Assembly: GCA_964392445.1 (NCBI GenBank)
Contig: CAYMPD010000001.1
Span: 32,001 to 96,000, forward strand
Length of the DNA: 64,000 bases
DNA from: an uncultured archaeon
GTDB lineage: Archaea; Aenigmatarchaeota; Aenigmatarchaeia; CG10238-14
Direction: 5' to 3'
Shown: in pieces, positions 18,539 through 28,363 of the stretch
Position numbering within the stretch: position 1 is the first letter of the stretch
Layout of the letters: each line of letters begins with the position of its first letter
The notes under the pieces: generated by a model
Told to the model about the DNA's origin: nothing
What the model saw: the letters and a program-made list of their open reading frames with translations, nothing else
Database searches by the model: none
Program-made: the position numbers and the translations under genes

Positions 18539-18865
18539 TCAAATAGCCTGTGTTCTATCATCAGCCAAATCCACATCAGGAGAAACTATTTCTAAATGAT
18601 CAATCTTCTTTTTTAAAAAATTAATTCTTCCTTCGATATCATCAAGTGTTTTGTCGTAAGTCATCGCATCATCAATTGTTTTATCGAACTTCTGGGAAAG
18701 ATAAGAAAGATATTTTGAAATTAGATTGATTTGACTGGTAATTGTATTGACTTTCTCAATTATCTCTTCCATTTCGGGTAGCCCTTTAGGGATTTCTTTC
18801 ACTTTTTTTTCTTTCTTTGGTAAAAAGTCGAATGTTTCTTCTTGTTTTCTACTATTTCCGAACAT
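18539..18865 (-). CDS. Hypothetical coiled-coil protein
   Basis: 108-aa ORF with heptad pattern. Confidence 0.65.
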   Translation of the reverse strand: MFGNSRKQEETFDFLPKKEKKVKEIPKGLPEMEEIIEKVNTITSQINLISKYLSYLSQKFDKTIDDAMTYDKTLDDIEGRINFLKKKIDHLEIVSPDVDLADDRTQAI

Positions 18866-18939
18866 AATAAGATTATTGTTGGTTAAAGATTTAAATGGAA
18901 ATGAAGCAAATTAAATGAAATCTAAATTAAATCCTGAAA

Positions 18940-20343
18940 TTATGTAAATGGATCATCCAAATCAGGGGACTCTTCGAAAAGAAATAATCCACTCTTTTTA
19001 TCCATCCAAACATTTCGGTATTTATTCGTTCCTAATATTTGTCTGAACAGGGTAGTAGAGGCAACTCTAAACCCTCTTCTAAGATTAACAGGTGGTAAAA
19101 TGAATCCATTACCAACTACCGAAAATGGCTCTAATGTAGATACATTATCACCTTCGCGCTCAACAAAAGAACTATAGCCAATAACCGCAGCTTCCATCCT
19201 ACCACCAAAAACACCGGAATTGTTCAAAATAACTGAAGGATATAATATATCATCATCTCTTAATCCAGTAATTTCAGTATCTTGACCTATAGAAACTCCA
19301 TGGCCTATAATTGAATTGCTTATGTAGATATCTCCATCACCTCTCCCAGGATTAAAATCTGATCCTATCAGAACATGGCCACCAAATTGGATTTTAGCTC
19401 TCTCTACCTCTTCTAATGATTTTTCGTGAACTAAAACTCTCCCAGACGAAGTATCAAGTCTTTCATAATCATCAAAATCCAACCAATCATAATCACCAGT
19501 AATCGCTTTACCATTAGCACGTAAATAAGCCTTGATAGTTCCAAAGTCCTCCCAATCTTCAATCCTTCCTACCCCTTGTTGCCTTTGACCATAAGCATAC
19601 ATTGAAACACCCTGATCAAGGAAATAAGGGAATATATCTCCTCCCATATCATCAAGTTTTACTCCATCCTCAATACCCTCTTCTAATATGTCTAAAATAG
19701 TTGGAGAGAACATTACAATAGCTGTATTTATATAATCTGATGCGGGATCGGGTGATTTTTCTCTGAAATCCAATATACGGCCAGATTCATCGAATTTAAC
19801 TGTTCCAAATTGATCTATCCCTGGCATTGAACCCCAATAAGTTACGCCTATGGTTACTCCTGGTGCATCTTCGTGTACTCTTTGATGGTATTTAGCCATA
19901 TCAATTGGATCAAAATTTGCAAAATTATCAGCATTTAATACCAGAATCAAATTATCCTGGATTTTTTCTCTATTGTTTCTTAAAAAATGGATAAAAGCGT
20001 CACCACTGCCTTCTGTTACACTTCTTCTCTCAAGAGATTTTTCTGGATCATAATAAGTTGAATATCTAATAGATAAATTATCTGCAATATTTCTACCGTC
20101 CTTCAAATCAGCAGGTACAAAAATATCATTAGCTAATCCATGTGTTGTAATATAACCTCTAAGTTCCTCCTGGTGATCCTGGAGAGATAGATATAACATT
20201 TCAACTACAGCCCTTAAGGGTGTTCTATTAGCTATATCTAACCAACCCTTTGATATTCCCATCTCAACTCCACCTATGGTCAGAGGATATAATCTAGTAG
20301 CTTCTCCACCTACAGGCACATAAAATACTAATTCTTTAAGCAT
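18940..20343 (-). CDS. Sugar-phosphate nucleotidyltransferase (GlgC/mannose-1-P guanylyltransferase-like) with C-terminal beta-helix
   Basis: 'VPVGGEATRLYPLT', 'SKGWL', 'VLNADN', 'FGTV', 'FREKSP', 'WEDFGT'. Confidence 0.85.
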   Translation of the reverse strand: MLKELVFYVPVGGEATRLYPLTIGGVEMGISKGWLDIANRTPLRAVVEMLYLSLQDHQEELRGYITTHGLANDIFVPADLKDGRNIADNLSIRYSTYYDPEKSLERRSVTEGSGDAFIHFLRNNREKIQDNLILVLNADNFANFDPIDMAKYHQRVHEDAPGVTIGVTYWGSMPGIDQFGTVKFDESGRILDFREKSPDPASDYINTAIVMFSPTILDILEEGIEDGVKLDDMGGDIFPYFLDQGVSMYAYGQRQQGVGRIEDWEDFGTIKAYLRANGKAITGDYDWLDFDDYERLDTSSGRVLVHEKSLEEVERAKIQFGGHVLIGSDFNPGRGDGDIYISNSIIGHGVSIGQDTEITGLRDDDILYPSVILNNSGVFGGRMEAAVIGYSSFVEREGDNVSTLEPFSVVGNGFILPPVNLRRGFRVASTTLFRQILGTNKYRNVWMDKKSGLFLFEESPDLDDPFT

Positions 20344-20440
20344 ATTAACTCCTAATTTTTCATTTTAATGGATGTATAGGTGGTTATTCTTTTATAGTGA
20401 TATCCTCTTCTTTTTTATAAGAAATGAAAAAACAGAAAAG

Positions 20441-20545
20441 TGGGCCGACCCAGAATCGAACTGAGCTTTTCGCCTATCCTGGTCATACCTGTAAGGGTTC
20501 CGCGATCAAAAGACCTCGACGTCCTAACCGATAGACTATCGGCCC
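20441..20545 (-). tRNA. tRNA-Val(TAC) with two introns (29/30: 20498-20516; 37/38: 20476-20489)
   Basis: Acceptor GGGCCGA/TCGGCCC+A; D-stem GTCT/GGAC; spliced anticodon stem TCGCC/GGCGA with loop CT-TAC-AA; T-arm CTCAG-TTCGATT-CTGGG. Confidence 0.85.
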
Positions 20546-20628
20546 TCAGTTAATTAATTGGATAAATTAGATTTAAAAATATATTGATAACGAAAGAAAT
20601 CAAAATTAATAAAAGAAAAAAACCTGAA

Positions 20629-21357
20629 TCAGGAAGGAAAAGTATTCCTAACATTCATCATCATATCAATGAATTGCTTTATCTCTTCTCTTGGTTTACC
20701 TCTGTATGAACCATCGTACATCTTAATCGTTCCTCTTTCTCCATCAAAGGTTACTGTGTATTTGCTTCCATTAACCCAATCAATCTTGGGAATTACTGAG
20801 ACTAATCTTAAGGAATTCGGGTTTGAAGAAATGTACTCAAGATATTTTTGATTCTTTTCTAATCTTTTTCCTCTCAAGATCTGATACCACATCCCATGGA
20901 TATACTTGAACATTGCTTTCTTGACCTCCTCACTGTTCTTGTTGACTATTGTTAGTAATTGTTGGGAAGTAAGGTCCACTTGTTCTAATCTCACTTTTAA
21001 CAGTCCTTCGAAAAATTTCTTTATTTTTGCTGTTATGTGATCTTTTCCACGATATATCTCTAGTATTCCTGAAACCGTATTCAAATAACATAGGATATCC
21101 CTACTAATCTTTTCCTCACCATTTTCTCTTAGATAATTCGCTAATTTCTCAGCTCTATCTGAAAATACTCTCTTCATCCCCGTTTCCAAGTCTTCCTCAT
21201 AAGTCACTACTATCTCAATTTCCTTATCATTTTCTCTGGATCTTGTTGCTTCAAACTTACATTTTCCTAGATCTACCCCAGTCAAATTATAGAGTATATC
21301 TAATCTTTTAGGTATATGCGCCAATTTAAATACCGACACCGTTACCATTCTAATCAC
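20629..21357 (-). CDS. Hypothetical protein
   Basis: 242-aa ORF with host-like composition; no motif recognised. Confidence 0.75.
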   Translation of the reverse strand: MIRMVTVSVFKLAHIPKRLDILYNLTGVDLGKCKFEATRSRENDKEIEIVVTYEEDLETGMKRVFSDRAEKLANYLRENGEEKISRDILCYLNTVSGILEIYRGKDHITAKIKKFFEGLLKVRLEQVDLTSQQLLTIVNKNSEEVKKAMFKYIHGMWYQILRGKRLEKNQKYLEYISSNPNSLRLVSVIPKIDWVNGSKYTVTFDGERGTIKMYDGSYRGKPREEIKQFIDMMMNVRNTFPS

Positions 21358-21449
21358 CTCGTTTCTATTCTCCAGTGTCTATACATTATATTGTAATAAA
21401 TATTTTTATATTAGTAGTATTTAAATAATACTGGAGGGGTGATGTTGGA

Positions 21450-21920
21450 ATGAACAAGAAAAAAACGTCCAAATCAGAGGAATACGATACCAAAAACACC
21501 AGGAGAATACTCAAAACTTTGGCTGAGAATCCTAGAGGTCTTACAATAACTGATGTAGCCTCAAAACTGGATTTAAACAGGCATACTGTTACCAAAATCC
21601 TTGATAGGTTGTTAATAGAGAAGAGAGTGGATTATGACGAAAAAGGGCCTGCTAAAATCTTTTATTCCACAGGTACTAGTAGGTTTGTTGGGAGAGTCGA
21701 TCAAGGTAAGTTTGATAAATTATGGATAGATGTGTTTAAGCCTAAGTATGAGGGTGAACAAGAATTTATAAGAATCAACCAGACCAAACATGATCACTTG
21801 ATTAGAACTCCAAGTAAGTTCAGAAGTGTTGGTGCAGTGGCTGTTAAGAGGAAGAATGTGATTAATCTGATTAGGATATTGAAGGATGTTGCAAGGGACG
21901 AGTTGAATTTGAAGGTCTGA
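21450..21920 (+). CDS. Winged-helix DNA-binding protein with uncharacterised C-terminal domain
   Basis: 'RILKTLAENPRGLTITDVASKLDLNRHTVTKILDRL'. Confidence 0.8.
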   Translation: MNKKKTSKSEEYDTKNTRRILKTLAENPRGLTITDVASKLDLNRHTVTKILDRLLIEKRVDYDEKGPAKIFYSTGTSRFVGRVDQGKFDKLWIDVFKPKYEGEQEFIRINQTKHDHLIRTPSKFRSVGAVAVKRKNVINLIRILKDVARDELNLKV

Positions 21921-21974
21921 TGATTATAGGGACTTAAAACGATAGATATTTAAAGCTTAGGATAGAATTAGGGC

Positions 21975-22247
21975 TTGAGAAACATGTATGGCGTTCATAT
22001 ATCCAGCACATTTAGTAGAGAATATGTAGGAAGGACTGCGATAGTACCTGCTCCTTCAGATAACGGAGCTCTTTTTCATTGTTATGAAATAGGTTTTGAT
22101 GGGGGATTACGTCCTAGAAACTCGAGTCTACCCATAGGACTAAGTGATGTACTAACCAAATATCCAAATTCTGATTTGACAGAAACTGGACTAAAAGTAG
22201 CATGGCAAAAACGTGAAAAAATAATAATCAAACAAAGTCCTAACTAA
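21975..22247 (+). CDS. Hypothetical protein
   Basis: 90-aa ORF filling the intergenic gap. Confidence 0.5.
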   Translation: MRNMYGVHISSTFSREYVGRTAIVPAPSDNGALFHCYEIGFDGGLRPRNSSLPIGLSDVLTKYPNSDLTETGLKVAWQKREKIIIKQSPN

Positions 22248-22302
22248 TTTCTAAATTACAATCAAATTTAAACATTAACCTACCAATAATAAAGGAGATT
22301 AT

Positions 22303-22725
22303 ATGCCACAAAAACAATTACAAGAAAAAATGCTTCAGTATCAGACTCTAGAAGAAACACTCAAACAATTGAATGAACGTCGAGAGTTATTTGGAAATAG
22401 ATTAATGGAAATAGATCAAACCAAACAAGCAATTCAAGAAGTAGAAAAATCAAAAGAAGATGATGTTTTTGTTCCTCTGGGATCAAGTGTGTTCTTACCA
22501 GGAAAATTAAATAAAAAAGAAAAGATGATTGTAGGTTTAGGAGCAGATGTTGCATTAGAAAAGGATCCCGATGAGGTTAGAAAGATACTCGATGAAAGGA
22601 AAAAAATACTTGAAAAAGGAATTGAAGACTTGCAAAATAAAATGATTGAAGTTGTAGGTCAAATAAGAGAACTAGAACCAGAAATCCAAAAATTACTCTC
22701 AGAATCACAATTAAAAACGGGTTAA
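22303..22725 (+). CDS. pfdA: Prefoldin alpha subunit
   Basis: Coiled coil-beta hairpin-coiled coil; 'FVPLGSSVFLPG...IVGLGADVALEK'. Confidence 0.93.
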   Translation: MPQKQLQEKMLQYQTLEETLKQLNERRELFGNRLMEIDQTKQAIQEVEKSKEDDVFVPLGSSVFLPGKLNKKEKMIVGLGADVALEKDPDEVRKILDERKKILEKGIEDLQNKMIEVVGQIRELEPEIQKLLSESQLKTG

Positions 22726-22728
22726 AGT

Positions 22729-23649
22729 ATGTTTGGTATTCTGAAAAAGAAATTACAAAACGTAGTTCAATCAGTGACAAAGACTGCGGAAAAGGCCCCA
22801 AAGAAAATTATTAAAAAAAAGATTTCCGAAAAAGATTTATCGCAAGTTCTGGAAGATTTAGAACTGAGTTTACTCCAGGCGGATGTAGCTTTTGAAGTTT
22901 CTGAAAAGATAAAAAAAGACCTTAAAGATGCTCTAGTCGGAAAGCAGGTTAAAAGGGGAAAAGTAAAGAAAATAGTGGAAAAAACTATTAGAAAGAGTTT
23001 ACTTGAAATCTTGGATGTCCCTAAACTTGATCTGGAAAAGAAAATTAAAGGAAATAAACCTTACCTTGTTTTGTTTCTAGGATTTAATGGTTCAGGGAAG
23101 ACTACTACACTCGCTAAAATTGGTCATAGATTAAAAAAGAAGGGGTATTCATGTGTATTTGCGGCCGGAGATTCTTTTAGGGCAGCGGCAATAGAACAAT
23201 TAGAAGAGCACGGAGAGAAATTAGGGATAAAAACAATCAAACATAAGATGGGGGCAGACTCTGCGGCAGTTATTTACGATGCAGTTGAACATGCTAAATC
23301 AAAGGGAATAGATGTTGTTCTTGCTGACAGTGCGGGAAGAATGCATACCAATCAAAATCTTATGGATGAACTCAAAAAAATAGTTAGAGTTAATAAACCT
23401 GATTTGAAAATACTTGTTATTGATTCTTTAACTGGGAATGATGCTATTGAGCAGGCTAAGAGATTTGATGAGGTTGTCGGGATTGATGGGGCAATTTTGA
23501 CTAAGGTTGATGTTAATCCTAAGGGCGGTGCTATACTTAGTGTTTGTAAGATTCTTGGTAAACCTGTTGTTGGACTGGGTATGGGTCAGAATTATGAGGA
23601 CTTGAAAAAGTTTGATAGAGAAGAGTTTGTTGGGAATTTGTTGGGTTAA
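22729..23649 (+). CDS. ftsY: SRP receptor FtsY
   Basis: 'GFNGSGKTTT', 'DSFRAAAIEQL', 'DSAGR', 'TKVD...KGG'. Confidence 0.97.
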   Translation: MFGILKKKLQNVVQSVTKTAEKAPKKIIKKKISEKDLSQVLEDLELSLLQADVAFEVSEKIKKDLKDALVGKQVKRGKVKKIVEKTIRKSLLEILDVPKLDLEKKIKGNKPYLVLFLGFNGSGKTTTLAKIGHRLKKKGYSCVFAAGDSFRAAAIEQLEEHGEKLGIKTIKHKMGADSAAVIYDAVEHAKSKGIDVVLADSAGRMHTNQNLMDELKKIVRVNKPDLKILVIDSLTGNDAIEQAKRFDEVVGIDGAILTKVDVNPKGGAILSVCKILGKPVVGLGMGQNYEDLKKFDREEFVGNLLG

Positions 23650-23653
23650 ATTT

Positions 23654-23931
23654 CTAACGATCGAATAATTCCCCATAAACTTGGTCGAATTTGTCTGAAG
23701 AAGTTATATCAGTCGGTCTTAAAATTATATTATCATGAACATCAAAAAGCACTAAAGATATCCTTCCACCAAAAGCGTATTCTATAAGGCTTCCATAAAT
23801 TTTACAACAGTCTGAAGGGTCAACGATTTTTCCGTTGGATAATTTTAAAAGAGTATGTCCCTCGAATCTGCCCCCTCCATTTCTATATCTAAAATTGATT
23901 CACAATATATCTTTGAGCCATATTTATTCAC
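23654..23931 (-). pseudogene. Possible frameshifted small gene
   Basis: GTG-started frame MNKYGSKIYCESILDIEMEGAD... overlaps a start-less frame ...EGHTLLKLSNGKIVDPSDCC...GELFDR*. Confidence 0.25.
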
Positions 23932-24057
23932 TGCTTTTTAATAATAATTACTATATAAACATTTCTATATTTTACTCACTAAATTGTAGTAACTTATTCG
24001 ACCAAAAATCAATTTAAGTCTACATCCTTCTAATTAACTAATACTAGGTGGATAATC

Positions 24058-25383
24058 ATGGCACTCAAAGACATGGGAAAGAGTATAAGCGACTTAATGA
24101 GGAGAGTACTAACCAAAACAACGGTTGACAGGGACTCTGTAGAGGCTTTAGTAAAGGGTCTTCAAAAAATCCTTCTAAAAGCGGATGTTGACCTTAAACT
24201 AGTTTATGATCTCTCCCAAAGAATAAGAGACAGATCACTCAAGGAAAAACCACCAGAAGGGTTAACACTCAGAGAACATGTAAGTAAGGTAATCTACGAG
24301 GAACTGGTAAACTTGCTCGGAGAAAGTCAAGAAACACTGATTGGAAAGAAAAGGATAATGCTTGTCGGTCTCTTCGGATCGGGGAAAACTACTAGTTCAG
24401 CTAAAATAGCAAAACACCTGAAAAAACAAGGTTTAAGAGTAGGAATGATCGCTGCAGATTATCACCGTCCCGCTGCCCCACAACAATTACAACAATTAGG
24501 AAATAAAATAGATGTTCCTGTTTATTACTCAGATACTAAAAGCCCTTTGGAGGCTTTAAGGTCGGGATTAGCCAAATTTCATAAATTAGATAGTATTATA
24601 ATCGACACTGCAGGTAGAGATGCTTTAGACGAAGAACTAGCCGAAGAGCTAAAAAAAATGTACGAAATTGTTAAACCAGACGAAGTTCTATTAGTTATAC
24701 CTGCGGATATAGGGCGTATAGCAGGAAAACAGGCTAGAGAGTTCCATAAGCTCGCTAAAATAACCGGGATTATTGTTACTAAAACAGATGGTACTGCAAA
24801 AGGAGGAGGCGCACTCTCGGCTTGTTCTAACACGGCGGCAAAGGTTAAGTTTATTGGTACTGGGGAGAAGTTGGATGATTTTGAACCTTATGATCCTGTT
24901 AGGTTTGTTTCCCGACTTTTAGGTATGGGGGACCTTGAAGGGCTTCTGGAAAAAGCAAAGGATGCTGAATTTAAAGAAGAAGATATGCAAAAAATACTCT
25001 CTGGTAAGTTCAGTCTTCAAGATTTCTATGACCAAATATCGGGAATGGACAAGATGGGACCACTGGATCAAGTGATGGACATGATTCCTGGAATGGGGCA
25101 CATGGTACCGGATGATATGATAAAAACTCAGAAAAAAAAGATGAAGAAGTGGAAATATATTATGGATTCTATGACTAAGAAAGAAAGAGAGGGTGAAGAT
25201 GATATTCATGCATCGAGGATTAAAAGGATCGCTAAAGGTTCTGGAACACAAGAAAGTGATGTTAGGGAATTATTAAAACAGTATAGACAAAGTAAGAAAA
25301 TGATTAAAAAACTTGGTGGGATGAAAGGTATGAAAAGAGGTAATCTTGCTAAGATGGCTAAGAAATTGGGTATGAAGTTATGA
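24058..25383 (+). CDS. srp54: Signal recognition particle protein SRP54
   Basis: 'GLFGSGKTTS', 'DYHRPAA', 'DTAGR', 'TKTDGTAKGGG', 'RFVSRLLGMGD', Met-rich M domain. Confidence 0.97.
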   Translation: MALKDMGKSISDLMRRVLTKTTVDRDSVEALVKGLQKILLKADVDLKLVYDLSQRIRDRSLKEKPPEGLTLREHVSKVIYEELVNLLGESQETLIGKKRIMLVGLFGSGKTTSSAKIAKHLKKQGLRVGMIAADYHRPAAPQQLQQLGNKIDVPVYYSDTKSPLEALRSGLAKFHKLDSIIIDTAGRDALDEELAEELKKMYEIVKPDEVLLVIPADIGRIAGKQAREFHKLAKITGIIVTKTDGTAKGGGALSACSNTAAKVKFIGTGEKLDDFEPYDPVRFVSRLLGMGDLEGLLEKAKDAEFKEEDMQKILSGKFSLQDFYDQISGMDKMGPLDQVMDMIPGMGHMVPDDMIKTQKKKMKKWKYIMDSMTKKEREGEDDIHASRIKRIAKGSGTQESDVRELLKQYRQSKKMIKKLGGMKGMKRGNLAKMAKKLGMKL

Positions 25384-26597
25384 AAGTAAAAGAAAAACTA
25401 ATCAAAGTCCTGGAAGATGAATACGTCTGCAATAGATGTTTAGGAAGACAGTTTGCTAATCTACTTTCAGGCTACACAAACGAAGAAAGGGGTGAAATAC
25501 TCAGACAATACCTAGCCATGCTAATCGACTCAGGAGAGAAAATAGAGATTAACAAAACCAATTTCTACGAAATAAAATTTCATCTAAAGACTATAAAACC
25601 CAAAAAACCAGGAAAATGTTCTGTTTGCGGGGATTTATTCCCGAAACTTAAAAAAAAAGTGAAAAAAATAGTTAAGAAATTGGGAAATTACGATTATGGT
25701 ACATTTCTAGTAGGTTCTAGGCCTTCTTCTGAATTGCTCAATAAAGAACAAAGACTCTGGGAAAAAGTAGGCATAGAATGGTGCGAAACCATAAAATCAG
25801 AGATTAATCGGGTAATTGGAAAGGAAATTGAATCATCTACAGGAAAAGTTATGAAAAGAAAGCTTCCGGATATAACCATACTTTATGACATGACTACAGA
25901 CGAAATAAAACTCAACGTCCGCTCAATCTTTGTTTACGGAAAGTATCAAAAACTGGTTAGAGATATGCCTCAAACAACCTGGAAAACAAGAATTTACCCT
26001 GTTGCTGTTGAAGATATTGTAGCAGAGCCTTTTATGAAGCAAACTAAAGCCGAAGATCATACGCTTCACGGCTGTGGGAGGGAAGACGTAGATGTTAAAT
26101 GTCTGGGTTGGAGGCCTTTTGTTTTGGAACTACATAATCCTCAAAAAAGAGAGATTGATCTTAAGAAAGCAGAAAAAAAGGTAAACAAGTCCAAAAAAGT
26201 GAATGTAAAAGACTTAGAAATAACCAATCACAGGAGAGTGACCAGAATCAAATCAATGAGACCGGACAAAACTTATCTAGCAGAAGTAGAATTCAAAGAA
26301 CCATTAAAAAACCTGGAAGAATTAGAAGCTCTCAATGGAACAGTAATATCCCAGAAAACACCTACAAGAGTGATGACAAGAAGAGCAAACAAGACCCGAA
26401 AAAGACGGGTAAAGGATATAAAATATAAATCCCTAAACAAAAAGAAGTTGGAATTGACGGTAAAAACAGAAGCAGGAACATATATCAAAGAACTGATTCA
26501 TGGAGACGAGGGTAGAACCCAACCCAACATATCAGAATTAATAAACAATAAAGTTAAAAGTATAAAGTTAGATGTAATAAAAGTACATTGTGATTGA
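25380..26597 (+). CDS. pus10: tRNA pseudouridine(54/55) synthase Pus10
   Basis: N-terminal 'CNRCLGRQF', THUMP-like region, 'HGCGREDVDV', 'GTYIKELIHGDEGRT'. Confidence 0.95.
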   Translation: MKVKEKLIKVLEDEYVCNRCLGRQFANLLSGYTNEERGEILRQYLAMLIDSGEKIEINKTNFYEIKFHLKTIKPKKPGKCSVCGDLFPKLKKKVKKIVKKLGNYDYGTFLVGSRPSSELLNKEQRLWEKVGIEWCETIKSEINRVIGKEIESSTGKVMKRKLPDITILYDMTTDEIKLNVRSIFVYGKYQKLVRDMPQTTWKTRIYPVAVEDIVAEPFMKQTKAEDHTLHGCGREDVDVKCLGWRPFVLELHNPQKREIDLKKAEKKVNKSKKVNVKDLEITNHRRVTRIKSMRPDKTYLAEVEFKEPLKNLEELEALNGTVISQKTPTRVMTRRANKTRKRRVKDIKYKSLNKKKLELTVKTEAGTYIKELIHGDEGRTQPNISELINNKVKSIKLDVIKVHCD

Positions 26598-26598
26598 A

Positions 26599-26883
26599 AT
26601 GACACATAAAGCAAGAGGACCAAGGAGCAAAACAAGAAAATTGCTAAGGAGAGGTATTAGGGATAAAACTAGTGTTAATAAGAGACTCAAAGAATTCAAG
26701 ATAGGTTCCAAAGTGGTGATTAAACCAGACCCTTCTATAAGTAAAGGAAGACCATTTAAAAGATTCTATGGCAAAGCAGGAGTAGTTACCGATAAAAGGG
26801 GAAGATCCTATATAATTAAAATAAAAGATGGTGGAAAGGAAAAAGAAATAATAACCCCTCCAGTTCATCTAAAAGGTGTTTAA
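26599..26883 (+). CDS. rpl21e: 50S ribosomal protein L21e
   Basis: 'GPRSKTRKLL', 'PFKRFYGKAGVV', 'PVHLK'. Confidence 0.95.
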   Translation: MTHKARGPRSKTRKLLRRGIRDKTSVNKRLKEFKIGSKVVIKPDPSISKGRPFKRFYGKAGVVTDKRGRSYIIKIKDGGKEKEIITPPVHLKGV

Positions 26884-27216
26884 ATGCAAGAAATAGTTAC
26901 AGAAAAAATAATTACAAATACAAGAGCAAAGGAAATACTGAAAAAGAGAGATAAAGAAATAGAACTGGGTTATGATCAAAAAAACTCACTGGATTATCTG
27001 AAGAAATACGATCAATTGACCAAAACAAAAGCAAAAAAAATGATGGAAGAACTGAGTGAGAAGATCCCAAAATTAAGAAACAGACAGATAATATCAATTG
27101 TAAATGTTCTACCTCAAGATTTGGATGATCTAAGAGTAGTTATGGAAAAAAATTACACTAGTTTAGATGAAGATGAAAAGAAACTTATTCTTAAAACTGT
27201 AAAAGATAATATGTAA
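26884..27216 (+). CDS. rpoF: RNA polymerase subunit F (Rpo4)
   Basis: 'LGYDQKNSLDY', 'IVNVLPQDLDDLR'; conserved L21e-RpoF-DUF655 order. Confidence 0.9.
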   Translation: MQEIVTEKIITNTRAKEILKKRDKEIELGYDQKNSLDYLKKYDQLTKTKAKKMMEELSEKIPKLRNRQIISIVNVLPQDLDDLRVVMEKNYTSLDEDEKKLILKTVKDNM

Positions 27217-27223
27217 GGAGAGG

Positions 27224-27766
27224 GTGATTCTGATGAAAGATGAATATGTAGTAGTGCTAGATTTCTTAGCCAGAGGTCACTCTCACAGTCGAAAGTCAGA
27301 ACCTGTTGCTCAAGGCGTAGGAGAGAAGTTCTTAAACCTTCTAGAAGTGGTTATAAAAGATGGTGTTGAAGTAAAAAGTGGGGATAGATTGTACATTGGT
27401 GAAAAGGAAAGGGACAAAGTCAAGTATATCAAAGGAAGGATGAAATACGATGAATTAACAAGTTATGCGAAAAAGGAATTAGAGTATGTTCTTGAAAAAA
27501 TAATTGAAGATCATGAGGAGAATTTTGTGAAATTCTTTAACAAGGCTAGACCCGTTTCTACGAGATTACATAGTCTAGAATTACTTCAGGGTATAGGAAA
27601 AAAGCATATGTGGGCGATAATTAGGGGGAGAAGAAGGAAGAAATTTGAAAGTTTGAAAGAATTGAAGGATAGGGTTGATATGCTACCTGAACCCAAAAGA
27701 ATGATCAAGAAAAGAATTATTGATGAACTGAAAGGGAAAGATAGGCATAAATTGTTCGTGAGATAG
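27224..27766 (+). CDS. DUF655 putative RNA-binding protein
   Basis: 'VVLDFL', 'QGVGE...LLE', 'RLHSLELLQGIGKK'. Confidence 0.92.
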   Translation: MILMKDEYVVVLDFLARGHSHSRKSEPVAQGVGEKFLNLLEVVIKDGVEVKSGDRLYIGEKERDKVKYIKGRMKYDELTSYAKKELEYVLEKIIEDHEENFVKFFNKARPVSTRLHSLELLQGIGKKHMWAIIRGRRRKKFESLKELKDRVDMLPEPKRMIKKRIIDELKGKDRHKLFVR

Positions 27767-28030
27767 TTACCAACTTCTAGCAACATTAGTTACTTCTACT
27801 TCTTTAACACCAGAAATTGATCTTATTTGCTTTTCTACTCTTTCCATTTCTCCGTCTTTTTCCGGGATTACTTTAACTATTACTAATGATTTGAGCCCAA
27901 ATGCTATTGGGATTATTTGTGACTTGGATGGGTTGACTTTTTCTTTTACTTTTTCTTGAAGTGCTTCCATATCTGTTTCTACGCCCTCAGGCATGATTTT
28001 GAATGTTACCATAACTGATCCTTCACCCAT
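27767..28030 (-). CDS. ef1b: Translation elongation factor 1-beta
   Basis: 'FKIMPEGVETDME', 'PIAFGLKSL', 'GVKEVEV'. Confidence 0.93.
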   Translation of the reverse strand: MGEGSVMVTFKIMPEGVETDMEALQEKVKEKVNPSKSQIIPIAFGLKSLVIVKVIPEKDGEMERVEKQIRSISGVKEVEVTNVARSW

Positions 28031-28039
28031 TTAATCACC

Positions 28040-28210
28040 TCAAGGTCCTACAAAACCACATTTACTGCAAGTGTAATCGTTGGAAAGTCTTCTGCACTTA
28101 GAACATCTGAAAATTGTTTCCTCTCCACAATTAGGACATTTAAACTGAACAAAATTGTCATCTCCTAACAAGTTTACACCGCAACTGTTACATTTCATTT
28201 TCTTTGCCAT
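28040..28210 (-). CDS. Double zinc-ribbon protein (DUF1610 / HVO_2753-like; not in ORF track)
   Basis: MAKKMKCNSCG...FKCPNCGEETIFRCSKCRRLSNDYTCSKCGFVGP; usual upstream partner of EF-1beta. Confidence 0.92.
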   Translation of the reverse strand: MAKKMKCNSCGVNLLGDDNFVQFKCPNCGEETIFRCSKCRRLSNDYTCSKCGFVGP

Positions 28211-28268
28211 GATTACCACTTACTTTCTTATTGATTAAGTATGTTAATATTTATAACTGTTGCTGTAA

Positions 28269-28340
28269 GCCCTTGTAGTTTAATGGATAGAATATCTCCC
28301 TGCGGAGGAGGCGATCCGAGTTCGAATCTCGGCAAGGGCA
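28269..28340 (+). tRNA. tRNA-Arg(GCG)
   Basis: Acceptor GCCCTTG/CAAGGGC+A; anticodon stem TCTCC/GGAGG with loop CT-GCG-GA; T-arm CCGAG-TTCGAAT-CTCGG. Confidence 0.95.
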
Positions 28341-28363
28341 TTGCTAGCGAATTTATTTTTTCC

